Assembly (NCBI GenBank): GCA_013151555.1
Contig: JAADIA010000049.1
Span: 1-62,293 of the forward strand
Direction of reading: 5' to 3'
Source: Nitrospirota bacterium
GTDB lineage: Bacteria; NPL-UPA2; JAADIA01
Length of the DNA stretch: 62,293 nucleotides
The first letter of the stretch is position 1. Each line of letters starts with the position of its first letter. The position numbers were made by a program, and so were the translations under genes. The notes under the pieces are model-generated. The model was given only the letters and a program-made list of their open reading frames with translations, searched no databases and was not told the DNA's origin. Positions 15,968-25,445 of the stretch are shown piece after piece.

Positions 15968-17599
15968 CTATTCCTTGACTTTCTTGGTTCTCTTTCCCAA
16001 GGATTTAGCCCGGGTGCGAGCTTCTATTCTAACGATGATTTTCTTCCTCTCCTTCCTGCTCAACCTCAACTTTTCAGAGTAGACCAGGAAAAACCGAACC
16101 TTATCAGTCCGGCTGATGAAGGATGGCATTGATTCATTGAGACGAGCCAGATCCTTTATTCGTTGATTGAGGTAAAGCCTTTTCCTCAATCCGGAACCTC
16201 CGAAATCCACGAAATAAAAAACGGGTTCTTTGCCTTCTCTCATTTGTACCATGATATTACTGGTGTTCAAATCCCCATGGAAAAGGCCTTTATTATGAAC
16301 GTCCTTAATGGTCCCGGCCAGAGACCTGATAAATTTCCACTTTTCCCTTCTCTTCATCTCAGACAGAGGAGGTGTAAGGCTGGAAATATAATGGCTGATG
16401 TTGACGGCATTTGGAATTTTTCTATTTATTAAGAAGCTGTCTGACAACAATCTAAACTTTCTCCGCTCTCCAACGGCTAATGGAACAGGAGATTGAATGC
16501 CCCTCCGTAACAGCTCGTTGCTTATCTTCCACTCCTTTACAGCCTTGCAAGATCTAAATATATCTTTTAATATTCTCAGCCGCCCCTGGCGTTCCCATTG
16601 CTTTATGATTATTGTCTCCCGAAAATTGTTGTGCGTCAAGGTCGTAGAAACAATGGCAGGGTCATGAACGTCGTCTACCACCTGGAGCTTATATCTCTTT
16701 GCCAACCCGCTTATATCTGTTATGCCCAGTCTTAGCAGATCATCTTTGTAGTCATTTTTCACATTCAGTTTGATTCCATCCCTCTTAAGAGTGATAAGAC
16801 CCGTTTCCTTCCTCATCCATTTTTTCAAGATCCAATCGCTGAGCCGCTCCGATATCGCTCTCACGTCCACTGGCAGAAGAGAGCTCCATTTTTCTCTGAT
16901 TTTCGCATTTACATCTTGCCGAAGGCGGAGGTCGTCGGGCACGATACGCCGGTATTGCTCACTGCTGCGGCCCTTCCCGGACTGATGTAAATAGGAGACC
17001 TTCACCACAAAGTTTTTATATCCACCCCGAATGGCTTTGAACGAGAGATCAAGGTCGTAACCATGCATGAAAAACTGCTCGTCAAATCCACCCACTGCCT
17101 GAACGAAACTCTTTTTGAAGAGCAGGCACAGTCCATCCACGATAGCTACCCTCTCATACTCGTGCTTCATGTTGTTCCTTCCTCTTTCGCCGCCCACTAT
17201 CGTCCTGCCCATCCAGGAAAGCGACTTTCTCAGTCGCTTCGCACCATAAAAACCGATTAGGCCGGTAGAAGCCTCAGCCTCGAACAAATTGGAAACCTTC
17301 TGCAGCCAGGTCCGGTCACAGATAATTACATCATTATGTACCGCGCAAATATAATCGGATTTACTTTTTCTAATACCTTGGTTTAGCGCTATTGCCAACC
17401 CTGGATTTGTTCTATTTCGCACATATACTATTTCTTCAGAGTAAGCTCGAAAATATTTCTCGGTATCATCGGTGGATCCATTATCTACTAATATTAACTC
17501 AAAGGGAACTCTTATATTTTCCCGGATGCTCTCAATACATCTCTTTGTCTGATCGAGCTGATTAAATACGACAATGACAAAACTCAGATCACTTATCAT
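15968..17599 (-). CDS. Fusion: GT2 glycosyltransferase (N) plus Kdo/WaaP-family lipopolysaccharide kinase (C)
   Basis: N-terminus VIVVFNQ...LILVDNGSTDDT (GT2). C-terminus KAVKEWKISNELLRRGIQSPVPLA...FHGDLNTSNIMV...FVDFG (LPS kinase catalytic and DFG-like motifs). Confidence 0.7.
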   Translation of the reverse strand: MISDLSFVIVVFNQLDQTKRCIESIRENIRVPFELILVDNGSTDDTEKYFRAYSEEIVYVRNRTNPGLAIALNQGIRKSKSDYICAVHNDVIICDRTWLQKVSNLFEAEASTGLIGFYGAKRLRKSLSWMGRTIVGGERGRNNMKHEYERVAIVDGLCLLFKKSFVQAVGGFDEQFFMHGYDLDLSFKAIRGGYKNFVVKVSYLHQSGKGRSSEQYRRIVPDDLRLRQDVNAKIREKWSSLLPVDVRAISERLSDWILKKWMRKETGLITLKRDGIKLNVKNDYKDDLLRLGITDISGLAKRYKLQVVDDVHDPAIVSTTLTHNNFRETIIIKQWERQGRLRILKDIFRSCKAVKEWKISNELLRRGIQSPVPLAVGERRKFRLLSDSFLINRKIPNAVNISHYISSLTPPLSEMKRREKWKFIRSLAGTIKDVHNKGLFHGDLNTSNIMVQMREGKEPVFYFVDFGGSGLRKRLYLNQRIKDLARLNESMPSFISRTDKVRFFLVYSEKLRLSRKERKKIIVRIEARTRAKSLGKRTKKVKE

Positions 17600-17685
17600 A
17601 ACTTTAGCTCCAGCAGCCTAACTCGAAAGCTTTTGATCTTTTCTATTATTTCTTTCATTTCATTCATAAATTATCTCTTTATTTC

Positions 17686-18039
17686 TTATGCATACAGGGG
17701 GGAAATGTCTATGTAGATCCGGTAATCTGCAATTAATTCATCTTCCATCCGCAAGATATTCACAAAGGGAAGGGTTAACTTCTGACCGTCATGACGTGTA
17801 TAAGTCGCTTCTCCTTCACAAATTACGATATTACCATGTTCCCATACTTCTGAAACATTGTGGTGCAATCCTTTTATGCTGGAGAAAAAACCCTGAACGG
17901 CATTACGGATGTTCTCCCGGTCAAATACCGCCGGGCCGTTAGCAAAGCGGAAACTTGCCTCCTCGGTCAAAAACAAAACGAAACTATCCGCATCCATCCG
18001 GTCTATCGCCGCAAATAAACGGTTCAGCCAATCTTTCAT
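17686..18039 (-). CDS. SnoaL-like / NTF2-fold protein
   Basis: 117 aa; the pattern fits small NTF2-like proteins only loosely. Confidence 0.45.
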   Translation of the reverse strand: MKDWLNRLFAAIDRMDADSFVLFLTEEASFRFANGPAVFDRENIRNAVQGFFSSIKGLHHNVSEVWEHGNIVICEGEATYTRHDGQKLTLPFVNILRMEDELIADYRIYIDISPLYA

Positions 18040-18070
18040 CTCCTCTCACTCCTTTAAATAGGGACAGACA

Positions 18071-18256
18071 CTATTTAATTTCCTTTAAGGATTTCTGCCG
18101 TTCCTGATATTTATATTGGGCCGTTTTTAATCTTTTTTCATTGCTCGTATAGCCCCATATTGGAGGCAAAATGTCATTAAGAACAACCCTAAGTCGAAGT
18201 ATTTGCTTTGTCATAAGTCCTTCTCCTGATTTAAAAATCTTTGTCTTTTCTCTCAC
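18071..18256 (-). pseudogene. Possible remnant of a pRiA4b ORF-3-like gene (N-terminal fragment only)
   Basis: ILRLRVVLNDILPPIWGY resembles the family's conserved start (L.V.L.di.PPIWRR). The rest is unrelated and only 61 aa long. Confidence 0.3.
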
Positions 18257-18363
18257 TACCGGTGCGAGTTATTTGTTTCGTAACACGTCGTATCAGATAT
18301 TTTATCCTAACTAACTCTTTTGGTCAATTGGTCAATAAAAAGTAGCCTGTCCCCTTTATTTGA

Positions 18364-19428
18364 TTATGCTATTTTGAAAAGTTTAATGAGAGTGATGCTT
18401 ATTATGGCCATGAGCAGAGCTGCTGATAAACCGGCATAGAAGGGTTTTAAGCCGATTTTTTTCATGGAGGCCAGGTTTGTTCCCAGTCCTACGCCGGCAA
18501 TAGCAGTTACAATAAGAAAGCCGGCGGTAGTTTTAATAATACTGATGACTTCATCAGGAAAAACTCCTAAGGTTCTCAGAATAGCCATCCCTATGAAGCC
18601 GAGCACAAAAACCGGGAAAGCTTTTTTATGGTCTATTTTTTTCTCTTTATCGCCCGTTCCGTTTTTCCGGTTTTCTTTCACTATGTGGAGATAACTTAAA
18701 AGTACGATTACCGGAGCCATAAAAAGGTTGCGGGTAAGTTTCACTACGGTAGCTATACTCCCGGATACATCGCTGTAAATAAAACCCGTAGCCACTGCCT
18801 GGGAGGTATCGTTTACCGCCGCCCCGGCCCAGATGCCGAAGAGGGTATCGGACATATGAAGCAGATAGCCGATTATGGGATAGACAAATACCGCCATTAA
18901 TCCAAAAATAGTTATGGTGGCTACAGCAAAAGAGGTTTCTTCTTCCGTTGCCTCAATGGCCGGGGAAGTGGCCACAATGGCGGAAACGCCGCAAATGGAG
19001 GTCCCCACGGCAATCAGGGTTCCTAACCTGTCCGGCAGCCCGAGCTTATGACTTATGTAACGCACCAGAAAAATAGCCATAATTATCAGAATGGTAATTA
19101 TTCCCAGGGAGCTCCCGCTGATCTTCAGCATCTCAACGAAACTAAGATGGACTCCCAGGAGGATAATCGCCAACCGGAGTATTTCCTTGACGGAAAAGTT
19201 CACCCCCGCCTTCCCTTTTTCGGGAAGACCGAACAGGTTGCGGACAAGAATTCCGACCACAATAGCAATAGCTACGGCACTAAGCTGTCCATAGAGCTTA
19301 TGGATATATACGGAGGGAACGGCAATAGCCAGTACCAGTAATATTCCCGGGATAAGCTTCCAAATATGCGTTTCGCGTATCTTTTGTCCTCTTCTCCCCC
19401 TGCGGGAGTTTAAGTTGTGAATGCCCAC
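18364..19428 (-). CDS. YeiH/UPF0324-family integral membrane transporter (putative sulfate exporter family)
   Basis: About 10 hydrophobic helices; pattern typical of YeiH-like proteins. Confidence 0.6.
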   Translation of the reverse strand: MGIHNLNSRRGRRGQKIRETHIWKLIPGILLVLAIAVPSVYIHKLYGQLSAVAIAIVVGILVRNLFGLPEKGKAGVNFSVKEILRLAIILLGVHLSFVEMLKISGSSLGIITILIIMAIFLVRYISHKLGLPDRLGTLIAVGTSICGVSAIVATSPAIEATEEETSFAVATITIFGLMAVFVYPIIGYLLHMSDTLFGIWAGAAVNDTSQAVATGFIYSDVSGSIATVVKLTRNLFMAPVIVLLSYLHIVKENRKNGTGDKEKKIDHKKAFPVFVLGFIGMAILRTLGVFPDEVISIIKTTAGFLIVTAIAGVGLGTNLASMKKIGLKPFYAGLSAALLMAIISITLIKLFKIA

Positions 19429-19543
19429 TTCTTTGGTTGTCTCCCTGGTTTTGCAAACCTTTTTTCATAATCACCTGATAGGAAAACAGCGAAAACAGGG
19501 TCTGAAAATAGGGTCAGCGACCATTTATTTTCCTATTGCTTTA

Positions 19544-20326
19544 TCATGTCCTCAGGGCCAGGTAAATTTTGGCTATGGTGGGATGGGAATAGATGAATAA
19601 TTTTCTTGAGAGCCAGCCGACATTACCTTTTTCCGTATCAAGTCTCTTTATCCGCATGGGGTCGAAGTTGAAAGTATTGGCTCCCCGGTCCGTGATTACT
19701 CCTCCCTGATACCCGAGTTTCCGGGCAAGAGCAGTTACTTCCTGGTTGCAGGAACCCCAGGGCCAGGCGATAAAACGGCAATCTTTGGATAAATTTTTTT
19801 CGATGAGTTGCCGGGAAATGGTTAGCTCTTCTTCGATATCAACTCCTTCTTCAGCCAGATTCTTATGTCGATGGGTGTGAGATTGAATATCGATAAGGCC
19901 GCCGGCTTCCATCTCTCGCATCTCCGCCCAGCTAAGGTAAGCATCAGAGAGATCTTTTCCCATCATATCCCGGGGGCGAACTTCTGCATGGCGGGGAATA
20001 ACCGGTTGGGAAGAAGTGTGGATCTCTTCGGTCAGGGAGGTGATAACGAAAATGGTTGCTTTCATTCCATACTTCTTTAAAATGGGGTAGGCATAAACCC
20101 GGTTATCTACATACCCGTCGTCGAAGGTGAGAGCTACCGCCTTCTCAGGCAGCGCTTCCTTTTGCTCCAGACAAGAAATCAGCTCCGGGATGAAAATTGT
20201 CTTATATCCCCGGCTACTCAGATATTTCATCTGTTCTTCAAAATATTCCGGAGTTACCGTCACCTTGTCTCCTTGATGACAGTTGACATGATGATAAGTT
20301 ATTACCGGTATGGAAATATTCCTCAT
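19544..20326 (-). CDS. Polysaccharide deacetylase (CE4/NodB family)
   Basis: TFDDGY and HTHRH motifs. Confidence 0.8.
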   Translation of the reverse strand: MRNISIPVITYHHVNCHQGDKVTVTPEYFEEQMKYLSSRGYKTIFIPELISCLEQKEALPEKAVALTFDDGYVDNRVYAYPILKKYGMKATIFVITSLTEEIHTSSQPVIPRHAEVRPRDMMGKDLSDAYLSWAEMREMEAGGLIDIQSHTHRHKNLAEEGVDIEEELTISRQLIEKNLSKDCRFIAWPWGSCNQEVTALARKLGYQGGVITDRGANTFNFDPMRIKRLDTEKGNVGWLSRKLFIYSHPTIAKIYLALRT

Positions 20327-20479
20327 AATAGACCCTTCGCCTTAAATTAGGGCGCTTGCGGCAGGCAACTTTCCTCTCGCCCTGGAAGCCGGAACTTTAA
20401 GTCCGGGGGAGCAAGCTCACCCCTATGCGAACCTTTAGGCTGAAGCCTAATATCCGGGATAACTTTGGAATTCTGAACA

Positions 20480-21571
20480 TCAAGCTAATAAATCTTTGTA
20501 AAGAGCCTCTATCTTGTTCAGCATCATCTCCAAACCAAATTTTTTCTCTATCAAATGCCGCCCGTTTTCTCCCAGTATCCCGGCCTTTTCTCTATCTTTT
20601 AACAGCAAAAGGATATTTTGGGCTAAGGATTCGCTGTCGGCCGGAGGAACTAATAATCCGGTTTGATTATGAATAATTACTTCCGGAATGCCTCCCACCG
20701 AGGTAGCAACTACCGCTTTCTTCATGGCTAGAGCTTCTAAGAGAGCCGTGCCCAGGGCCTCTCTTAGAGAAGGCATAGCAAGGACATCTATAGCCGCTAA
20801 AATCCGGGGGATATCGGGACGAAACCCGATTACGAGAATCTTCTTCTCCAGGTTTAACTCCCGCACCTTTTGAATAACGGTTTCTCCTCTTGGTTCCAGA
20901 CCCACAATGACAAACCTGACCTCCGGTTTTACTTTTAATATTTTCTGAGCTGCTTCTATAAAATATTGATGACCTTTCTCCCCGCGGATAACTCCGACTA
21001 TTCCCACTAAAGGAGTCCCGGGGACGATTCCCAGCTCTTCCCTTATCTTTTCCCCATCTATCCTAAAGTCGAACTTCTCCAGATCTACAGAAGTAGGAAT
21101 GGAAACAATTTTCTCCGGGTTTATCCTGTTTTCCCGGATCATTGTTTCCCGGACATAATTACTCACCGTGATAATCATCCGAGGTAGTTTATAAACAATA
21201 TTAAGAGGATGTTGTGATATGGGAATAGTGACATGACGGGTTCTGAGGAGGATTGGCCTGCCGGCCAAGCGGGCAGCGAAGGAGGTTATCCAGGAATCAC
21301 TTGAGGAATGGGAGTTGACGATATCAACTTTTTCTTTCCTTATGAGAGAGAAGATCTTAAATAAGGCCGCAAGGAAATCCTTATTGCGCATTCTTATTTC
21401 CCTGACCTCAATCCCCGCCTCCTCAGCATGTTTTCCTAAAGCGCTTCCCGGCTGAACGGCAAGGATTACCCGATAGCCTCTCTTCTTATTAAATTCTACT
21501 GCCTCGGTGAAGGTTCTCCTTTCTTGGCCCCCCCATCTTTTAGCGGATTCCGTATGAAGAACAGTAATCAT
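20480..21571 (-). CDS. Glycosyltransferase family 4
   Basis: WGGQER N-terminus; C-terminal LREALGTALLEALAMKKAVVAT. ATGA overlap with the upstream CE4 gene. Confidence 0.8.
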   Translation of the reverse strand: MITVLHTESAKRWGGQERRTFTEAVEFNKKRGYRVILAVQPGSALGKHAEEAGIEVREIRMRNKDFLAALFKIFSLIRKEKVDIVNSHSSSDSWITSFAARLAGRPILLRTRHVTIPISQHPLNIVYKLPRMIITVSNYVRETMIRENRINPEKIVSIPTSVDLEKFDFRIDGEKIREELGIVPGTPLVGIVGVIRGEKGHQYFIEAAQKILKVKPEVRFVIVGLEPRGETVIQKVRELNLEKKILVIGFRPDIPRILAAIDVLAMPSLREALGTALLEALAMKKAVVATSVGGIPEVIIHNQTGLLVPPADSESLAQNILLLLKDREKAGILGENGRHLIEKKFGLEMMLNKIEALYKDLLA

Positions 21572-22281
21572 ATCCGGCTCCTTCCCAGCTTGAGGTTAAG
21601 TAAAAAATACAAGCGACTGTCGTAACCTCGAATAAGTATCCTCTTTAAAGCAAAGGGATCCTCACCCCGGCCGTTCTTTCCCGGCAGGGTGGAGAAAGAG
21701 GCCCGGTAACCGCAACTTCCCACTATATCTTTCACCCTCTCATCGAACTTTCCCCAGGGGTATGAAAAAAACTTTACCGCTTTACCCAGCTTCTTTTCCA
21801 GGATACTCTTAGACTGCTCGATTTCCTGTCTCATTTCCTCTCCGCTGAGCGAGGGCAGGAGACGATGGCTATGACCGTGAGAGCCGAATTCCATTCCTCC
21901 CCGGCCCATCTCTTTTATCTCCTCCCAATTGAGGAGAGGTTCGGCTCCTCCTTCGTCCCATTCGCTGACGGAGCCGATGCAGCCGCTAACCAGGAAAACG
22001 ATGGCGGTAAAGTTATACTTTTGTAAGATAGGGAAAGCATAAAGGAAATTATCCCGGTAGCCATCATCGAAACTGAGGATTATTTTTCTCTCCGTCAAAG
22101 GCAAACGGCCTTCACAGAAGTTTATTAACTCCTCAACCGTTACGGTCTTATATCCGTGGTTAAACAGATAGCTCATCTGCCGGTCAAATTTCTCCGGAGT
22201 GACCCGTAGCTTCTCTACTTTTCCCTCTACCCGGTTAGGGCTTACCTTATGATACATGAAGACCGGTATTCCCTTAATCAT
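21568..22281 (-). CDS. Polysaccharide deacetylase (CE4/NodB family)
   Basis: SFDDGY and HGHSH motifs. Start moved to MIKGIPVFMYHKV (22281) because the upstream 16 codons are repeat D1. Confidence 0.8.
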   Translation of the reverse strand: MIKGIPVFMYHKVSPNRVEGKVEKLRVTPEKFDRQMSYLFNHGYKTVTVEELINFCEGRLPLTERKIILSFDDGYRDNFLYAFPILQKYNFTAIVFLVSGCIGSVSEWDEGGAEPLLNWEEIKEMGRGGMEFGSHGHSHRLLPSLSGEEMRQEIEQSKSILEKKLGKAVKFFSYPWGKFDERVKDIVGSCGYRASFSTLPGKNGRGEDPFALKRILIRGYDSRLYFLLNLKLGRSRI

Positions 22282-22301
22282 TGTCTGCCTTTTCAACTCA
22301 G

Positions 22302-22386
22302 AAAACAGATGACAGATGACAGAAGTCAAATATCAGAAGGCGGGGTTGTTCTGTCCTCTGTCCTCTGTTTTCTGTTTTCCGTCTTG
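22302..22386. repeat. Family D heptamer hairpin, copy D1
   Basis: aaaacagatgacagatgacag (22302-22322) pairs with ctgtcctctgtcctctgtttt (22351-22371): 21 bp with 2 mismatches. Units are CAGATGA / CTGTCCT. Confidence 0.9.
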
Positions 22387-23127
22387 TTGCCTTTCCCACA
22401 ACTTCACATACTTAACGAATACATAGAAAGCCTGGAGAATACTGTAAAGAAGACCATGAAATCCATCCCGGAAACCTTGTCTGATAAAGTAGATCAGGAT
22501 AAATTCGCTTGGTAAGCGCAGGAAAGGATACCATCTTCCATACCGCCGCTTCCCGGCTTTATCCAGAGCATCGAGAGTACTATAACGGTTGAACTTTTGC
22601 AGATAATCATCGAGGTTTTTATAGCTGTAATGGAGCATAGGATACCGGAGATAACCTACCCGGCCCTCAACCTTAACTCCCTCATGCACTGCTATCTCTT
22701 CGAACTTCCCTTTTCCCTTCTTAAAGAGCCGGAGATGAGGCTTGGGGTAAAGACCGCCGTGTCTCATCCAGCGACCGAAGAAGAAGAACTTCATAGGGAT
22801 AAGATATCCGTCCTCATTGCCGTTTCCCCGCAGTACTTCCTTTATCTCCTTAATCAATTCTGGAGAAATTCTCTCATCGGCATCCAAACTCAAGATCCAT
22901 TCTCCGGCAGCTTCTTCTATGGCAAAATTCTTCTTCTCGGCATACCCTTCATACTTCGTCTTAAAGACTTTGCTTCCATACTTTCGGCAGATCTCTACGG
23001 TTCTATCATCGCTGAAAGAATCGATAACGATAATTTCATCGGCCCATTTTACGCTCTCCAAGCAGGGACCGATATCTTCCTCTTCGTTCTTGGTGATAAT
23101 CACGACAGATAAACGATTATTTTTCAT
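22333..23127 (-). CDS. Glycosyltransferase family 2, WaaE/KdtX-like LPS core transferase
   Basis: LSVVIITKNEE...IIVIDSFSDDRT...LDADE. The last ~18 codons (QQDGKQKTEDRGQNNPAF) are encoded by repeat D1. Confidence 0.75.
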   Translation of the reverse strand: MKNNRLSVVIITKNEEEDIGPCLESVKWADEIIVIDSFSDDRTVEICRKYGSKVFKTKYEGYAEKKNFAIEEAAGEWILSLDADERISPELIKEIKEVLRGNGNEDGYLIPMKFFFFGRWMRHGGLYPKPHLRLFKKGKGKFEEIAVHEGVKVEGRVGYLRYPMLHYSYKNLDDYLQKFNRYSTLDALDKAGKRRYGRWYPFLRLPSEFILIYFIRQGFRDGFHGLLYSILQAFYVFVKYVKLWERQQDGKQKTEDRGQNNPAF

Positions 23128-23170
23128 CTAAAAATCCCAAGTCGGTTATTAGTTATAAATTAACGTTTTT

Positions 23171-23219
23171 TCAACCTTAAACCTTAAACCTTCAACCTTC
23201 AACTTTAGACCTTGAACGA
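23171..23219. repeat. Family B heptamer array, copy B5 (opposite orientation)
   Basis: tcaacct taaacct taaacct tcaacct tcaactt tagacct tgaacga. Contains the stop of the LpxL-like gene. Confidence 0.85.
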
Positions 23220-24164
23220 TTGCCCTCTCCACCGTCGGTGTATCCAGGCCCACTGGTCGGGATAACGACGGATATAGGATTCCACTACTTTGGTCAATCG
23301 GGATATATTCTCCGGGATATCTTTCTCCGGCTTGCCGGTTGTCTCCAGGGGAAAAGGAGGTTCAATGCGGAGGCTATATTTATTATCCGCCCGGCGAACG
23401 ATAAACATGGGCACAAGCCTCGCTCCTGTTCGCAGAGATAAGACCACCGGACCGACAGCCGTAGGAGCCGGATGGCCGAAGAAATTTACGCTTACTCCTT
23501 CTTTGGAATACTGGTCGCCGAGGAGACAGACTGTTTCGTTCTTCCTCAAGGCTTTCAGGCATTGGCTGATACAACGATGTTGAGGTTTAACCGAAATGAA
23601 TTTGACGTTTACTCTCTCCCCCAATTTTTTTATATAATCTGTTGCCCGGACATCATCCGGGAAACGGATCACATAGCTGAAAGGAAACCCGTCCCGGGCA
23701 AACTTACTCCCGATAAGGGGAAAAACTCCCAGATGAGCAGTGAAGGCAATTACTCCTTTCCCTTCCGCAAGAGCCCGGCTCAGGTTTTCCTTTCCCTCGA
23801 CAACCAATCTCTTTTCCAGACTTTCCAAAGGAAGGAAGGTAAAGCGGATCACCTCAAAGAGTCCTCCCAGAAGATTCTGAAAAGACTTCCGGGCAATAGA
23901 TTTTATTTCCTTTTCGCTCTTCTCTTCACCGAAAGCTAACCGGAGGTTGACAAGGGCGATTCTTCTTCTCCTCCTCCAGGTAAAATAGAGAAGGTCTCCG
24001 GCTTTTCTTCCCAGGAATCCGGACCAGGCCAGGGGTAAAGAGGAAGCCAGTTTTACGATCAGCCGGATGAAAAGGAAACCCATCCCTCGTTCCAGCCTCT
24101 TCTTCTTTCCCGCTTTCTTGCTCACCTGTTTCCCGTCTCCCTTGGATTCAGTATTTTTTGACAA
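23205..24164 (-). CDS. Lipid A biosynthesis late acyltransferase (LpxL/HtrB family)
   Basis: LPLAT-family pattern (TAHLGVFP, LGDQ). The start may be M28 (24083), which removes the overlap with the upstream gene. The SFKV tail lies in array B5. Confidence 0.7.
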   Translation of the reverse strand: MSKNTESKGDGKQVSKKAGKKKRLERGMGFLFIRLIVKLASSLPLAWSGFLGRKAGDLLYFTWRRRRRIALVNLRLAFGEEKSEKEIKSIARKSFQNLLGGLFEVIRFTFLPLESLEKRLVVEGKENLSRALAEGKGVIAFTAHLGVFPLIGSKFARDGFPFSYVIRFPDDVRATDYIKKLGERVNVKFISVKPQHRCISQCLKALRKNETVCLLGDQYSKEGVSVNFFGHPAPTAVGPVVLSLRTGARLVPMFIVRRADNKYSLRIEPPFPLETTGKPEKDIPENISRLTKVVESYIRRYPDQWAWIHRRWRGQSFKV

Positions 24165-25195
24165 CCCCTGAGCACATCTTCAACAGTTATCTTATCCATA
24201 CAGAGATAATCTTTCCGTTTGCATTCTTTCTTCAGGCAGGGAGAACAGGGAGTTGCTTTCCTCAAAACAATACTTTTCTCTCCCAGAGGACAGGTTCTTA
24301 CCGGATCGGTGGAGCCAAAGATGGCCACCAGAGGCGTCTTCACGGCTGCTGCCAGGTGCATCGTCCCGGTATCGTTGGTAATGAATAAAAAGCACCGGGA
24401 AATCAGCGCCCCTAACTCCCGCAGAGTAGTCTGTCCGGCAAGATTGAGTCCGGGAGAATCCATCCTTGCCTCTATAGAATCGGTTATTTCTTTTTCCCCG
24501 GAACTACCGAAGAGGATTATTTTTGCCTGGTATCTTTTTTGCAGCTCCTCGCCCAGCTTGGCGAATCTATCCGGGAACCAGCGTTTAGCCGGACCAAAAG
24601 CTGCCCCCGGGCTGAGACCGATCAGCTTAGCATCCGGAGGAACTTTAGCCTTCCGGAGCAATTTCTTTGCCCTCTTCTCCTCGTCCTTGGTTATCACCCA
24701 GACCAAACGTTTATCCTTCTCATTATCGAGGAACCCGGCAAATAACATCTGCCGGTCGTCTTGCCCATTACCGATAATAGCTTCTACTAATTTCTTGTAA
24801 TAGTCAACCTGATGCTCCTCCCGGAAACGGGAGGGGCGCTTTATCCGTTGAGTAAGCAGGAAGGAACGACCATCGGTGGCATAACCTACCCGTCGGGGTA
24901 TTCCCGCCAACCGGAAGAGAAAAGCGGAAGAGAAAGAGTTGGGGAAGAGCACCCCTAAATCAAATTTAGCCGCTTTCAATCTTCCGGCCAGTCCGCGACG
25001 GCTTTCGCCCTCCTTCATCACATATATTTCCCGGACATCGGGGTTAGCCTCAAACACCGGGGCTACCCATTCCTTGGCTAAGACAACGATCCGGGAATCC
25101 GGGAATTTCTGCCCGAGGAGATGGAGAGCCGGAGTAGAGAGCACGGCATCTCCTATCCAATTGGGCACCCGGACAATTATCTTGAACATTTTCAA
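24122..25195 (-). CDS. ADP-heptose:LPS heptosyltransferase (GT9, WaaF-like)
   Basis: VPNWIGDAVLSTPAL N-terminus; NDTGTMHLAAA near the C-terminus. Confidence 0.8.
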   Translation of the reverse strand: MKMFKIIVRVPNWIGDAVLSTPALHLLGQKFPDSRIVVLAKEWVAPVFEANPDVREIYVMKEGESRRGLAGRLKAAKFDLGVLFPNSFSSAFLFRLAGIPRRVGYATDGRSFLLTQRIKRPSRFREEHQVDYYKKLVEAIIGNGQDDRQMLFAGFLDNEKDKRLVWVITKDEEKRAKKLLRKAKVPPDAKLIGLSPGAAFGPAKRWFPDRFAKLGEELQKRYQAKIILFGSSGEKEITDSIEARMDSPGLNLAGQTTLRELGALISRCFLFITNDTGTMHLAAAVKTPLVAIFGSTDPVRTCPLGEKSIVLRKATPCSPCLKKECKRKDYLCMDKITVEDVLRGCQKILNPRETGNR

Positions 25196-25254
25196 GAACC
25201 CTTTTCGCTACGGATAAATACAGAGTTGAAAAAACTAAAATAATTTCAAAAATG

Positions 25255-25361
25255 GACAGGATTAACAAGATATACAGGATAGTTTTCTCGAAGAATCTAC
25301 CCCTAAGTGGAAATTTTTTGTAAACTTTTTAGAAAATCCAGTTAATCCGGTGAATCCTGTC
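25255..25361. repeat. Family A element, copy A4
   Basis: gacaggattaacaagatatacaggatag ... aaaatccagttaatccggtgaatcctgtc. Confidence 0.85.
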
Positions 25362-25385
25362 AGGCTATTTCTTCTTAAAATTATT

Positions 25386-25426
25386 AATCTTATGATAACC
25401 AAAGGGTCCACAATCTGTGGTTAAAG
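25386..25426. repeat. Family F-like short element, copy F4
   Basis: aatcttatgataaccaaagggtccacaatctgtggttaaag, directly after A4. Confidence 0.55.
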
Positions 25427-25445
25427 TTTTTTTAATCTTTACTTT

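Noticed and set aside
20425-20676. 83-aa ORF spanning the 20.3-20.5 kb spacer and the 3' end of the GT4 gene
   Set aside because: It starts in non-coding structured DNA and runs antisense into a supported CDS, with no motifs.
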